Part shown: piece after piece, positions 36,914-47,400 of the stretch
Layout: each line of letters starts with the position of its first letter
How positions within the stretch are numbered: position 1 is the stretch's first letter
Origin: an uncultured Gammaproteobacteria bacterium
GTDB taxonomy: Bacteria > Patescibacteriota > Patescibacteriia > UBA2196 > CAYSSY01
NCBI GenBank assembly: GCA_964434055.1
Contig: CAYSSY010000003.1
Coordinates: 10,372 to 74,371, forward strand
Direction of reading: 5' to 3'
Length of the DNA stretch: 64,000 nucleotides
Made by a program: the position numbers and the translations under genes
Notes under the pieces: generated by a model
The model's database searches: none
The model's input: the letters and a program-made list of their open reading frames with translations, nothing else
What the model was told of the DNA's origin: nothing

Positions 36914-37144
36914 TTATTCCTCCACTCCTTCCGAGTCGCTGCGCATCTTTTTCTTAATTTCAACAATTTTATTTTCCACTTCGTTCAAACGTTTCTTAAG
37001 CTCACCAGCTAGTTGCAGCCCTTGTTCAAATTTAATCAAACTTTCATCAAGATCCAAATTGCCTTTTTCAAATTCTGACACAATTGTCTCTAACTCCTTA
37101 AATGAAGTTTGAAAATTAAAACTATTTTTTTTGGTGTTTGTCAT
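36914..37144 (-). CDS. xseB: Exodeoxyribonuclease VII small subunit
   Basis: FKELETIVSEFEKGNLDLDESLIKFEQG. Confidence 0.93.
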   Translation of the reverse strand: MTNTKKNSFNFQTSFKELETIVSEFEKGNLDLDESLIKFEQGLQLAGELKKRLNEVENKIVEIKKKMRSDSEGVEE

Positions 37145-37150
37145 AAAAAA

Positions 37151-38386
37151 TTAATTATTTTTAATTATTTGTGATATTACCGTCCCGTCTTGAAACTGAG
37201 TCTTTATTTTTTCATTATCACTCAACTCGCGGGAACTTTTAACAATTTTACCATTTTTACTGGTTAATGTGAAACCTCTCTTTAATGTCGCCTGAGGTGA
37301 AAGTCTCTTTAGTAATTCTATACTATGTTGTATTTTTATGCTGATATTTTCAACTCTATTAGCGAGAATTGTTACCATGTTATTATGACAATTGGTTAGC
37401 TTTTGCTTGTAAAAAATGACCCGCTGATTTAAAAAGTTTGTGGCATGTTCAAAATTAAGCAATAATTGATTGACTTCAAACAAGCTTCCAGCCAAACTCT
37501 CATCCAAAGATTTGAGTAAATTTTTTATTAATTGTTTATAATCATTAATCGCACCTGTTAAGGTCCGCTCCGCCATTAAAATTAATTGCTCAATTTTAAA
37601 TTTAAGTTCTCGTTTGTGTGGCACTACAATTTCTGCAGCGTTAGTTGGGGTGGAAGCACGAACATCAGCCGCCAGTTCAGCCAAACAAACATCTCGTTCG
37701 TGACCAATTCCGCAAATAATTGGAGTCTTCGAAGCAAAAACAGCTCGGACCACGCGTTCTTCATTAAACGGTTGGTAATCTTCAAGGCTGCCACCGCCCC
37801 GAGTCAAAATTAAAACATCACATGGCCGTTCTTCATTAAAATACCTTAAGGCTTCAATAATCTGCTTAGCCGCACCGACGCCTTGTACTTTGATAGGATA
37901 AAAAAATATATCCAATCCACCCCAACGTTCATTAAGTCTCTTAATAATATCTTTATATGCTGCCCCATCTTTGGCGGTGATAATGCCAATTGAACGGGGA
38001 AAGGCCGGTAGATTTTTTTTATGTTGTTCTAAAAAAAGTCCTTCTGCAGCCAACTTTTTTTTAAGTTCCAGATAAGCTTTTTGTAATGCACCTTCGCCGA
38101 TCAGTTCTACTTCTTGGACAAATAAATAAAACTGTCCTGATTTTTGAAAAAGTTTCGGGACACCATAAATTTTCAGTTCCAATCCATCTTTCAACGGCAC
38201 GTTCAAATTGTATATCAAAGCAAAACAATTTACTTGTGATTTATCGTCTTTTAGAGTAAAAAAAACTGACTGACCTCGCGGTTCGCGATAGCCAGAAACC
38301 TCCCCCTGAATACAAACCGTGCCAAAACTTTCACTTAAAAAAGTGGAAATTAAGTTGACAAATTCTGAAACTGAGAGAATCTTCAT
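37151..38386 (-). CDS. xseA: Exodeoxyribonuclease VII large subunit
   Basis: GEVS, FTLKD, RGGGSLED, GIGHERD, TPTNAAE, LKRGF. Confidence 0.96.
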   Translation of the reverse strand: MKILSVSEFVNLISTFLSESFGTVCIQGEVSGYREPRGQSVFFTLKDDKSQVNCFALIYNLNVPLKDGLELKIYGVPKLFQKSGQFYLFVQEVELIGEGALQKAYLELKKKLAAEGLFLEQHKKNLPAFPRSIGIITAKDGAAYKDIIKRLNERWGGLDIFFYPIKVQGVGAAKQIIEALRYFNEERPCDVLILTRGGGSLEDYQPFNEERVVRAVFASKTPIICGIGHERDVCLAELAADVRASTPTNAAEIVVPHKRELKFKIEQLILMAERTLTGAINDYKQLIKNLLKSLDESLAGSLFEVNQLLLNFEHATNFLNQRVIFYKQKLTNCHNNMVTILANRVENISIKIQHSIELLKRLSPQATLKRGFTLTSKNGKIVKSSRELSDNEKIKTQFQDGTVISQIIKNN

Positions 38387-38391
38387 AAAAT

Positions 38392-38859
38392 TTATTTTTT
38401 TCTGGTAACATTTTTAAACCAATCAGTCCATTCACGATTGGCTTTCTCGTCTTTTGTCTCACCTTGATAAATAAACCAAAAATCAGTTGGTGTAACCATC
38501 TGAATTCCTTGGTATTCTTCTAACTCCAATAAATGCGAATCTTCAGTAATAATATAATCAGCTTTGACGGTTAGAGCGCAGTTAATAAACTTATCATCTT
38601 CAGAATCATGTTTTATCACCTGAACATTATGATAAACAGGTGCTATTACTAATTGTGCCAAAAATAAATCAAAACTTTGCCGCTCCTTTGCGTTAACTAA
38701 AATGCGATCTAAAATTAAATTATTTTCTTTTAAAATTTTTTCCGAAGCATAAGCAATAACCTGCCCCGTCAGAACTAAGTTAATTACTTTCCAAGCATAA
38801 CTGAAAGAATCATGCGAAGAATTTATAAGAATATTGGTATCAATAATTACTTTGTACAT
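38392..38859 (-). CDS. PIN-domain protein (putative toxin/nuclease)
   Basis: VIIDTNILI, DSEDDKFINCA, YIITEDSHLL; ATG at 38859. Confidence 0.88.
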   Translation of the reverse strand: MYKVIIDTNILINSSHDSFSYAWKVINLVLTGQVIAYASEKILKENNLILDRILVNAKERQSFDLFLAQLVIAPVYHNVQVIKHDSEDDKFINCALTVKADYIITEDSHLLELEEYQGIQMVTPTDFWFIYQGETKDEKANREWTDWFKNVTRKK

Positions 38860-38961
38860 ATGTATCAATTCTAAAGTATCTCTCTCATTTGTTCAATATC
38901 AATTATAAATCTTGCTGTTTATTGTAAATTAATTGTTTAAAATGACTGGGAGTCTCAGCCT

Positions 38962-38990
38962 TTGACAAAAAAAACAGATTATGTTAATCT
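38962..38990 (+). promoter_or_regulatory. Putative promoter of rpsF-ssb-rpsR
   Basis: TTGACA-17 nt-TAATCT with extended TGn. Confidence 0.65.
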
Positions 38991-39035
38991 TCAAATATGA
39001 AAAATATTTATCAGTTTTTATTTAACAAATAATTT

Positions 39036-39479
39036 ATGCCTCAATACGAACTAGTCTATATCATACCGACAACATTAGCGGACGAAGAAATTAACAAAAC
39101 TAAAGAAGAAATCAGTAAAATAGCCAATGAAATAGGCTTAAAAATTATTAAGGAAGAATTGCTAGGAAAAAAGAAAATGGCTTATGGTATAAAAAAAGTC
39201 AGACACGGAAATTATTATTCCTTGGTATTTGATGGTCAGGGCGATCAACTAGAAAAGTTAAAAAGGGAATTAAAATTAAACCACACAGTTGTCCGCAGTG
39301 TCATAACTCGCTGGCAGCCGGAAAAAGTAATAAATAGTCTGCCAAAAGAACCAAGAAAATTAAAGCCTAAAAAAGAAGAAGAAAAAATAGTTACTGAACC
39401 GGAAACGCCAAAAATTAAGGTCTCTTTAGAGGACTTGGACAAAAAACTAGATGAAATTTTAGAAGGTAATATAGAGTAG
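39036..39479 (+). CDS. rpsF: 30S ribosomal protein S6
   Basis: YELVYII, LGKKKMAYGIKK, C-terminal LDKKLDEIL tail. Confidence 0.95.
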   Translation: MPQYELVYIIPTTLADEEINKTKEEISKIANEIGLKIIKEELLGKKKMAYGIKKVRHGNYYSLVFDGQGDQLEKLKRELKLNHTVVRSVITRWQPEKVINSLPKEPRKLKPKKEEEKIVTEPETPKIKVSLEDLDKKLDEILEGNIE

Positions 39480-39519
39480 TTATTTTTCTAAAAATAAATT
39501 TAGCAGTTAACAAAAATAT

Positions 39520-39960
39520 ATGAATCTTAACAAAGCCATGATTATTGGCAATTTAACAAGAGCCCCTGAGGTGAAGACCACGCCCGACGGCACAAATGTT
39601 GCTACCTTTTCAGTAGCTACTAATTTTGTCTGGAATAGCCCGCAAAGTGGTCGCCAAGAACGAGTTGAATACCATAACATTGTTGCTTGGAGAAAATTAG
39701 CTGAGATCTGCTCTCAATATCTAAAAAAAGGGAGTAAGGTTTACATCGAGGGTCGACTACAAACAAGAAATTGGGATGATCAAAATGGCACTAAACATTA
39801 TCGAACAGAGATAGTCGCCGAAAATATGATTATGTTAGATCGAATCTCTAGCTCGGGTGATAAAAGCCAACCTTCAAATTCAGAACCTGAGACAATCCAG
39901 CTCGAAGATGAACGAACCGATCCGGAAAAAGGTATTGATGTTGATAATGTACCCTTTTAA
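39520..39960 (+). CDS. ssb: Single-stranded DNA-binding protein
   Basis: LNKAMIIGNL, KGSKVYIEGRLQTR, acidic tail ending PF. Confidence 0.97.
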   Translation: MNLNKAMIIGNLTRAPEVKTTPDGTNVATFSVATNFVWNSPQSGRQERVEYHNIVAWRKLAEICSQYLKKGSKVYIEGRLQTRNWDDQNGTKHYRTEIVAENMIMLDRISSSGDKSQPSNSEPETIQLEDERTDPEKGIDVDNVPF

Positions 39961-39983
39961 CAGTTAATTAATAAAAATAAAAT

Positions 39984-40202
39984 ATGACTTCATCAACTAA
40001 TGAAAAACATTGTTATTACTGCATAAACAATGTAGAAAAAATTGATTGGAAAGATATCGCGACTTTACAGCGTTTTGTTTCGCACTATGCCCGAATAGTC
40101 CCTAGAAAAAGAACTGGGTTGTGTAACAAGCACCAGAGAAAAATAGCCCTAGCAATCAAAAGAGCAAGAACTATGGGCCTTCTACCATATATTAAAACTT
40201 AA
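39984..40202 (+). CDS. rpsR: 30S ribosomal protein S18 (zinc-binding type)
   Basis: CYYC, IDWKD, RKRTGLCNKHQR, AIKRAR. Confidence 0.96.
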   Translation: MTSSTNEKHCYYCINNVEKIDWKDIATLQRFVSHYARIVPRKRTGLCNKHQRKIALAIKRARTMGLLPYIKT

Positions 40203-40207
40203 TAACT

Positions 40208-40237
40208 AAAAAAACCTCCATGATCGGAGGCTTTTTT
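40208..40237. terminator. Bidirectional terminator rpsR/recA
   Basis: A7-CCTCC-ATGATC-GGAGG-CTTTTTT. Confidence 0.75.
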
Positions 40238-40249
40238 GTTTTCAAAAAA

Positions 40250-41263
40250 TTAAACGGCTTCCCCCGCTTTACGCCAAATCTGCTTTGATATCTCTGATAT
40301 CAATTTTTTATCTTGCCTTAAAAACGACTTAGCATTTTCCCGACCAACACCTAATTTAACATCGCCATATGAAAATGTCGTTCCACTTTTGCTGATCAGA
40401 TTATATTTAATACCTAAATCTAAAATATCACCAGCAAGAGATATCCCTTCATTATACATAACATCAAACTCAGCCGTTTTAAAGGGCGGGGCAACTTTAT
40501 TTTTAACAACCTTTGCTTTAACCCGGTTGCCGACAATATTTTCACCCATTTTTATTTGCGCCAATCTTTTTAATTCAATCCGAACTGATGAATAAAATTT
40601 TAGCGCCATGCCACCAGTAGTCGTTTCTGGATTTCCGAAAACAATACCGATTTTTTGTCTAGTTTGATTTAAAAAAACTACACATGTTTTTGATTTTGAA
40701 ACAATGGCCGTTAATTTCCTTAGAGCTTGGCTCATTAATCTGGCCTGTAAAGCTATATGCGTATCGCCCATCTCACCCTCAATTTCTTGTCTGGGGGTCA
40801 AAGCCGCCACAGAATCAACTATAATAATATCAACACTATTTGACCTGACTAAAGTTTCCACGATATCTAAAGCTTGTTCACCAGAATCTGGTTGTGACAC
40901 TAAAAGATCATTAATATTTACACCTATTTTTTTGGCATATTCTGGATCGAGTGCGTGTTCAGCATCAACAAAAGCAGCTGTACCACCCCGCTTCTGAACT
41001 TCACAAATTATGTGTTGCGCCAACGTCGTCTTGCCTGATGCTTCAGCGCCATAAATTTCTATAATCCGACCTCTCGGTACTCCACCAACACCTAAAGCTA
41101 CATCTAAAGAAAGGCAACCAGTCGAAATCACCTCAACTTGCATAGCTTTTGCTTCACCAAATTTCATTATTGAACCATCACCAAACTTTTCCCTAATCTG
41201 ATTAATTGCCGTTTCCACCGCTTGATTTTGATTTTTATCTAAGTCGTGTTTTTTTTCTACCAT
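40250..41263 (-). CDS. recA: Recombinase RecA
   Basis: [33 protein letters not shown]. Confidence 0.99.
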   Translation of the reverse strand: MVEKKHDLDKNQNQAVETAINQIREKFGDGSIMKFGEAKAMQVEVISTGCLSLDVALGVGGVPRGRIIEIYGAEASGKTTLAQHIICEVQKRGGTAAFVDAEHALDPEYAKKIGVNINDLLVSQPDSGEQALDIVETLVRSNSVDIIIVDSVAALTPRQEIEGEMGDTHIALQARLMSQALRKLTAIVSKSKTCVVFLNQTRQKIGIVFGNPETTTGGMALKFYSSVRIELKRLAQIKMGENIVGNRVKAKVVKNKVAPPFKTAEFDVMYNEGISLAGDILDLGIKYNLISKSGTTFSYGDVKLGVGRENAKSFLRQDKKLISEISKQIWRKAGEAV

Positions 41264-41284
41264 ATAAATAAATTATTTATTAAT

Positions 41285-41974
41285 CTAATTACTCTCTCCA
41301 GATTCAATAACATTAATCCGCCTAATAATAACTGATTCTTTGCCGTATCTTTTTTTCGCTTGCAACTTTATTATATTTAAACCACTCTTTAAGTCAAGTG
41401 TTTTTTGAAAGAATCCCTTTTCGTCAATTCCCAAATCTTCACCATTAAGCATTAAACGAACTTCGTTGTCAACTTGCCCTCTTAATTCAATAGTATGACC
41501 AGTAATAATCAAATCTTCCTGAGGAAAAAATAAATTAATCTTCGGTGGCGAAATTAAAGCATTAACTTTAAACCCCAAATAAAAAATAAGGCCGCAAATT
41601 ACCAAAAAAAATAAAATATTACGCAAGAAATTAGGATAACTGATTAATAAACTTTTCCGTACAACCTCTTGACCAAGATCTTGTTGAAATTTATTTTTAT
41701 TGTCTCTTACGTTTTGTTTGACAGGATTTATTTTTTCAAAACCAGTTATCTCCAGGTAATGGCTATACTTCTTCAAAAAGTTATTCAAATATATTTCTCC
41801 AGGAAAAACTGACCAATTATCATTTTCGATTGCTTCTAAATACTTTTTGCTAATTTTCAATTTACTACTTATTTCCTCAAGAGTTAAACCAAACTCTTTT
41901 CTTTTTTTTCTCAGTGTTTCCCCTAATGATTCAGAACTTTTAATCTGACGGAAAGAAAATGACTTTAAAGACAT
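41285..41974 (-). CDS. RodZ-like HTH membrane protein with C-terminal Ig-like domain
   Basis: SLGETLRKKR...YLEAIEND...YLNNFLKKYSHYL, one TM, LKSGLNII; start MSLKSF at 41974; follows ftsK. Confidence 0.8.
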   Translation of the reverse strand: MSLKSFSFRQIKSSESLGETLRKKRKEFGLTLEEISSKLKISKKYLEAIENDNWSVFPGEIYLNNFLKKYSHYLEITGFEKINPVKQNVRDNKNKFQQDLGQEVVRKSLLISYPNFLRNILFFLVICGLIFYLGFKVNALISPPKINLFFPQEDLIITGHTIELRGQVDNEVRLMLNGEDLGIDEKGFFQKTLDLKSGLNIIKLQAKKRYGKESVIIRRINVIESGESN

Positions 41975-41978
41975 AATT

Positions 41979-44297
41979 TTATTCTTTATTACTATTCTCA
42001 GAAACGGAATCTTCTTCAATATCATCACTATCCTCATGATAGCCCTCTGTTTTAACATCATCAGACGAATCCTGATTTAATTCTAAAATATCGGTTGTCC
42101 CAGATGCGTCAACTTCACCAAGATATTCTTCTCTAGTCACTAAAACTTCCCGAGCACGAGCGCCATCTTGTGGACCAATCGTGCCTTCCTCTTCCAAAAG
42201 ATCCATTAGCCGGGCAGCTCGCGCATAACCTAAACTCAAACGTCTCTGCAAGTAAGAAGTAGAAGCCTTCTGTGTCTGAATAATCAATTCCCTGGCTTTA
42301 GGTAACAATGGATCATCTTTTAAATTTAGTCCGCCCAAACCACCATCTTCAGAAACTTTTTGCACCACACTTTCATCGTATTCTGGTTCACTTTTTTGTT
42401 TAAGATAATTAACCACGCGCTCAATTTCATCATCAGATAAAAAAGCACCTTGAATCCTTTTAGGTTTAGCAATTTCGGGAGTTAAAAACAGCATATCGCC
42501 GCGACCGAGAAGTTTTTCTGCACCTGAATGATCCAAAATTGTTCGTGAATCAATTTGGGAAGCGACACTAAAAGCCATACGGGAAGTAATGTTGGCTTTA
42601 ATTAAACCAGTAATAACATCGACTGACGGGCGCTGGGTGGCTAAAACCAAGTGAATACCTACCGCTCTGGCCATCTGTGACAATCTGATTATCGCCGTTT
42701 CCACTTCATTGGCAGCTACGGCCATTAAATCAGCTAATTCATCAACAACAATCACTATATAAGGTAGCTTTTTATCATCCGAAACACTATTATTATAGTC
42801 AGATAACTTCTTTTTGCCATGGCTAGAAAGAACTTGAAAACGCCTTTCCATTTCTTGAGTTGACCACTTTAAAGCGCTAACGGTTTTGGTAACATCAATA
42901 ATAACCGGGGTAATCAGATGAGGAATATTATTATAAACCGGCAATTCAACTCTTTTTGGGTCAACCAGAATAAATTTAAGTTCATTAGGTTGATTTTGAT
43001 AGAGCAATGAAACGATAATTGAATTTAAAGCGACGGTTTTGCCTGAGCCAGTCGCACCAGCAATTAACAAATGAGGCATGCGACTTAAATCCCACAACCA
43101 AGCCTTACCACTGACGTCAGATCCCAAAGCAATCATTAAGTTACTTTTTCTTTCCTTAAATTCCTGACTGGTTAAAATCTCTTTCAAGCTCACTAAAGCT
43201 ACCTTTTGATTTGGAATTTCAATGCCAACCAACGACTTATTTGGAATTGGCGCTTCAATTCTAATCGGATGAGCGGCAAGGGCTAAAGATAAATCATTTG
43301 TCAATGCGACAATTTTAGAAAGTTTCACACCGTCAGCTGGTTTTAAAGTAAACTGAGTAAAAGTAGCACCAATGCTCACTTCGCCCATTTCCACTTCAAT
43401 ACCGAAATGGTTTAATGTCTTTTTGATTACTTCCTGAACTGATTTGATGTCTCTAGATGTTGGCTTAGAGACTTTGCCGGTTAAAAAGTCAATCGGCAGT
43501 TCAATTTTAGGATAACGTTTTTTTGTCTCGGGGAATAATTCAGACTGGCTTTCGGATTGTTCGCCCACTTCCTGTGACTGATTCGGATTATCTTTTTCTT
43601 TTTTGTTATTTTTTTTATTTTTTACCACATCTTGGGTAGATTCAGTCTCTTCACCATCTTGATCTTCAATATCTTTAGTATCAAAAATAATTTGGCTTTC
43701 TAATTCGTCTTTACTTTTTAAACGTGACAGTAAACTTCTCATCTTATCCAAAAACCAAGAAATAAATTTAAATTTACTGGCCATAGTCTCAAGAGAAGTT
43801 TCAAAAATTAATAGCAAAGAAACTAACCATACACCGATTAAAAAAATACCACTCGCCCATACTCCCCATAGTTTAATCAAAGGATAGGCTGTCAATAAAC
43901 CAAGGTAGCCGCCGCCGGTACCTTCAATCGCAGCCGACAAAAGTCCTTGTTTATATTTAAAAAGATGAAAAAAACCAGTGGCACTTAATATAAACAAAAA
44001 AGTGCCCAGCCAATTAACACCGCGAACGTAATAACGTTCTGGTTTAGTAATCAAGTACGCAATAATAATCAAGATAAAAGGTGCCGCCACATAACTCCAA
44101 CCAAAAATGGACTGCAATAAATCCTTTAAAACACCGCCCAAGCTCCCAGCCAGATTAAAAATAGCCAAAATACTAATGAGCGAAAAAGTAAACATTATGA
44201 CGACAGCAATTCCTCTTTTTGTCTCCGGATCCAAGTCAAAAGAAAAGTTGATTTTAGTAAGCCAGTTTCGAGGATTGTTTTTATCTCTTTTCGCCAT
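41979..44297 (-). CDS. ftsK: DNA translocase FtsK
   Basis: N-terminal TMs, PHLLIAGATGSGKT, DELADLM, ATQRPSVDV, gamma domain LQRRLSLGYARAARLMD. Confidence 0.97.
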   Translation of the reverse strand: MAKRDKNNPRNWLTKINFSFDLDPETKRGIAVVIMFTFSLISILAIFNLAGSLGGVLKDLLQSIFGWSYVAAPFILIIIAYLITKPERYYVRGVNWLGTFLFILSATGFFHLFKYKQGLLSAAIEGTGGGYLGLLTAYPLIKLWGVWASGIFLIGVWLVSLLLIFETSLETMASKFKFISWFLDKMRSLLSRLKSKDELESQIIFDTKDIEDQDGEETESTQDVVKNKKNNKKEKDNPNQSQEVGEQSESQSELFPETKKRYPKIELPIDFLTGKVSKPTSRDIKSVQEVIKKTLNHFGIEVEMGEVSIGATFTQFTLKPADGVKLSKIVALTNDLSLALAAHPIRIEAPIPNKSLVGIEIPNQKVALVSLKEILTSQEFKERKSNLMIALGSDVSGKAWLWDLSRMPHLLIAGATGSGKTVALNSIIVSLLYQNQPNELKFILVDPKRVELPVYNNIPHLITPVIIDVTKTVSALKWSTQEMERRFQVLSSHGKKKLSDYNNSVSDDKKLPYIVIVVDELADLMAVAANEVETAIIRLSQMARAVGIHLVLATQRPSVDVITGLIKANITSRMAFSVASQIDSRTILDHSGAEKLLGRGDMLFLTPEIAKPKRIQGAFLSDDEIERVVNYLKQKSEPEYDESVVQKVSEDGGLGGLNLKDDPLLPKARELIIQTQKASTSYLQRRLSLGYARAARLMDLLEEEGTIGPQDGARAREVLVTREEYLGEVDASGTTDILELNQDSSDDVKTEGYHEDSDDIEEDSVSENSNKE

Positions 44298-44377
44298 AGA
44301 AAATTAGTATTATAAAGTAATAATCTAGCTTAAATTATAACATTATTTTATTATTTAAAAAAGACTTTATTATCAAT

Positions 44378-44408
44378 AAAAAGAGCACCGTTTGTGATGC
44401 TCTTTTTT
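44378..44408. terminator. Terminator after the giant surface protein gene
   Basis: AAAAAGAGCA...TGCTCTTTTT. Confidence 0.65.
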
Positions 44409-44424
44409 AATAACTTAGTTAATA

Positions 44425-47400
44425 TTATTTTTTTTCTACTTTTCGCCAAGCTTGTGCCTCAATAGTTGGGTGAACCTTGCCTGGGCCTTTCTTAATAGTG
44501 TCATATATCTCTTCCGGAGTATAACCACCATAAACATAGGCATTCACTAGTTTGTACCAATAGCGCGGTGAAACATAGATTGGCCTGTTATTATTCAATT
44601 TTATTAAGGCATCCCAAAGTTCTTCGGCAGCTTCTTGTTCAGTAGTCAAACTACCCAAACGTGATTTGCCGTAGATCATTGTCTTATCTTTGGAAATTTT
44701 TACTGGTTTGGGATAAAGTGGACTATAGCCATTTCTAACCTCAATGCCATCCAAATAAGTATCACTATCAGTATCACTATTTTCTGGATCGGTGCCATAC
44801 CATTCTTCTTGTTGATCACTTAAACCGTCATTATCACTATCGGTAATGAGAGCAGCCCCACTAAGTGTTGGGCTGGTCGACTGATCTTGAAATGTCTCTG
44901 TTGGTTTAGTTACAACTGGTTGAACGACATTAGGAGTTACAACGGGGGTTTCACCAAAAACTTGAGTATTATCATTGTTGGCATCTAAAAACAAAACATA
45001 TTTACCATTCACCCATTGCGTCTTACTTAAAGCAGAATCAACACCTTTGGATAAATCAGACCAGATGAATGCATTACTAATATTGGTATTAATATAAGAC
45101 GCAGGAGCCGGTTCCAAGACAGTTGAAGATGAATCACCAATCATTTTAACTTTAACATAGTAATCATTTGTTTGTTTTACGACCGTACCAACCAATTCAA
45201 ATGTTTTAACAGTGCCGGCTGGAATAACCAGATAACTATCATTAAAATAAACACTGCTATTATTAGTGAGTGGATATTCAATATCAGCAGCAACATCCTT
45301 TAACACCAGATTACTAATAACTATATTCTTCGCATCAAGAATACCAAACATCATCTTGTAAATACCAACATCACCTTTTGCATCTGCTGCTACAGTAAAA
45401 CGGTACAAACTTTGTGTACCATTATTTATGGTTGTCGTAAGTAGACTTTTTTTAGAAACAACCGGCTGTGTCTTAAATAAATAAACCTTATTGCTTTGGA
45501 AAGATCCTTCTTTGTTGGTCGGCGAATAAATCAAACCACTTGTTTTACCCACTGCTACCACATCAACAGCCGCCAGATTTAAGACAAGACCATTACCAGA
45601 AGAAGCCGGACAGTTTTCACCAATACAATTTGTATCACCTTTTAGTGCTAGGGTTTTAACGCTATTACTTGTTATTAATAAACCATTGGGAATTGTTAAA
45701 ATTACTTCACTGGTCGAGGTGGGCACTGCCTCACCCAATTTTGTCGCACCATCATAAAGTGTAATTTTATTAATAACTTTCAACAAATTACCACCATTAA
45801 GACCTTCTGTCTTAAATTTTAAACTTTTGACTTCAATGTTTTCAGATATAGCCTTTAAATCAAAATTACCAAAATTAGAATTTGTGCCACCAGCAGTATA
45901 CAGACCACTTGGTACAGTGGCAGCACTGGTGCTAACAACTAACTTGCCTGTATGACCAATAACAACTTTTGAACCCACTAAAGGATAACTGCCACTAACC
46001 TTGATTTGATTGTTTGAACTATTACCAAAAGCTAAAACAAAAGTATCATTGTCAATGCTTATTTGGTGACTGGTGTTATTTTCAGCGCTTGCCGAAATAT
46101 CAGCGGTTAATTTTAAGGTTTTAATAGTGCCTTTTGCAATTATTAAAGGATTATTAAAAACAAGGACTAGATCACTATAAAGACTATTATTAAATGTTCC
46201 TGATTCTGGTATGTTGAGAACGGTTTGAGTACTAACATCAGTTAAGATAATATTAGATAGATCTGCTTGAATACCCACCTTTGACAACGTATCAGTTAGC
46301 TCTACTTTGGTCACTTTAATATCCTCGCTGGAACTACCAGCATCAAATTTAATTGTAGCTAACAACTTATTTATCTCACCAGCTAGATAATGAATTTCTT
46401 TAGCGGTATCGGTCACGGATACATTCAAACTAGGAACATTTGTAGTACTGGGCAGTTGACAAGTGGCTAACTGGGCGCTATCAGTTAAACAGTCATATTT
46501 TTTATCTATGACACCGCCATTAGTATAGACAATATTTACCGGTGCTGTCACCACTGAGCTACGATTTAAATTGTTTGCCCACAGACCAACCTCAGTAATT
46601 GGATATTTATAATTACCATAAACCAAATAAACCTTATCGGGATCAGAACTATATTTTATTAGTGTCCCGTCAGGATAATTATTATTAATGGCTGTGCCTA
46701 TTAGATAATTAACAAAAAAACTATCAGGCACAGTAACCAAACGAGCACTCCAATTACTCCCATAAAGCTTTGTTAGTTGTTCTGTTGATATTTGATGCAG
46801 TTGCTGCTTAGAACCTACGGCATAGACCGTTGCTGATTGAGGAGTTTTGGCTAAACTAGTACCTGGTCTTAAGACAATATTACCACTTAAGGCATAACTT
46901 TCAGCAACAACAGCACTGACTGTTTTTATTTTAGTCGCATCAACTTGCCAAGAATTCATGACATCCTGCTTGTAATTACTACCCAGAGTATAAGGGAAGA
47001 CATAACGTTTATTATTACTCGCTAAATAATAAACATAGTTTAGGTTATTTTCAATGATAAAAAGATCACCTACTTGCAAAACCTCAACATCTGAACTTTT
47101 TCTTATATAGATTAAAGTATCATAACCCTCTCCATTATCATTCTTAGCTTTGATAGCTAAAGTATGTGTGCCAACTGATAAATTAGTAAAGGTATAGCTA
47201 TGTGTCCCAGCCAGGTACATTGTTCCTTTATAGGTTCCGCTACTGTCAGGAATTTCCGTACTATTGTCAAAAAAGTGTAACGTGGCATTCTGATCTAATT
47301 TAAAGTCAACTTTATAATAATTATTAGTGCCAGAATTTTCCCATAATGGATTAGTTATATCTAATTGCGGCTGATTACCCAGACACTTTTCATACTCATG

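Noticed and set aside
41975-42061. Extended N-termini in the ORF track (rodZ-like 42061; also 4463, 9632, 15887, 17789, 30715, 38868)
   Set aside because: They overlap neighbouring genes or promoters; downstream ATGs fit the family N-termini better.
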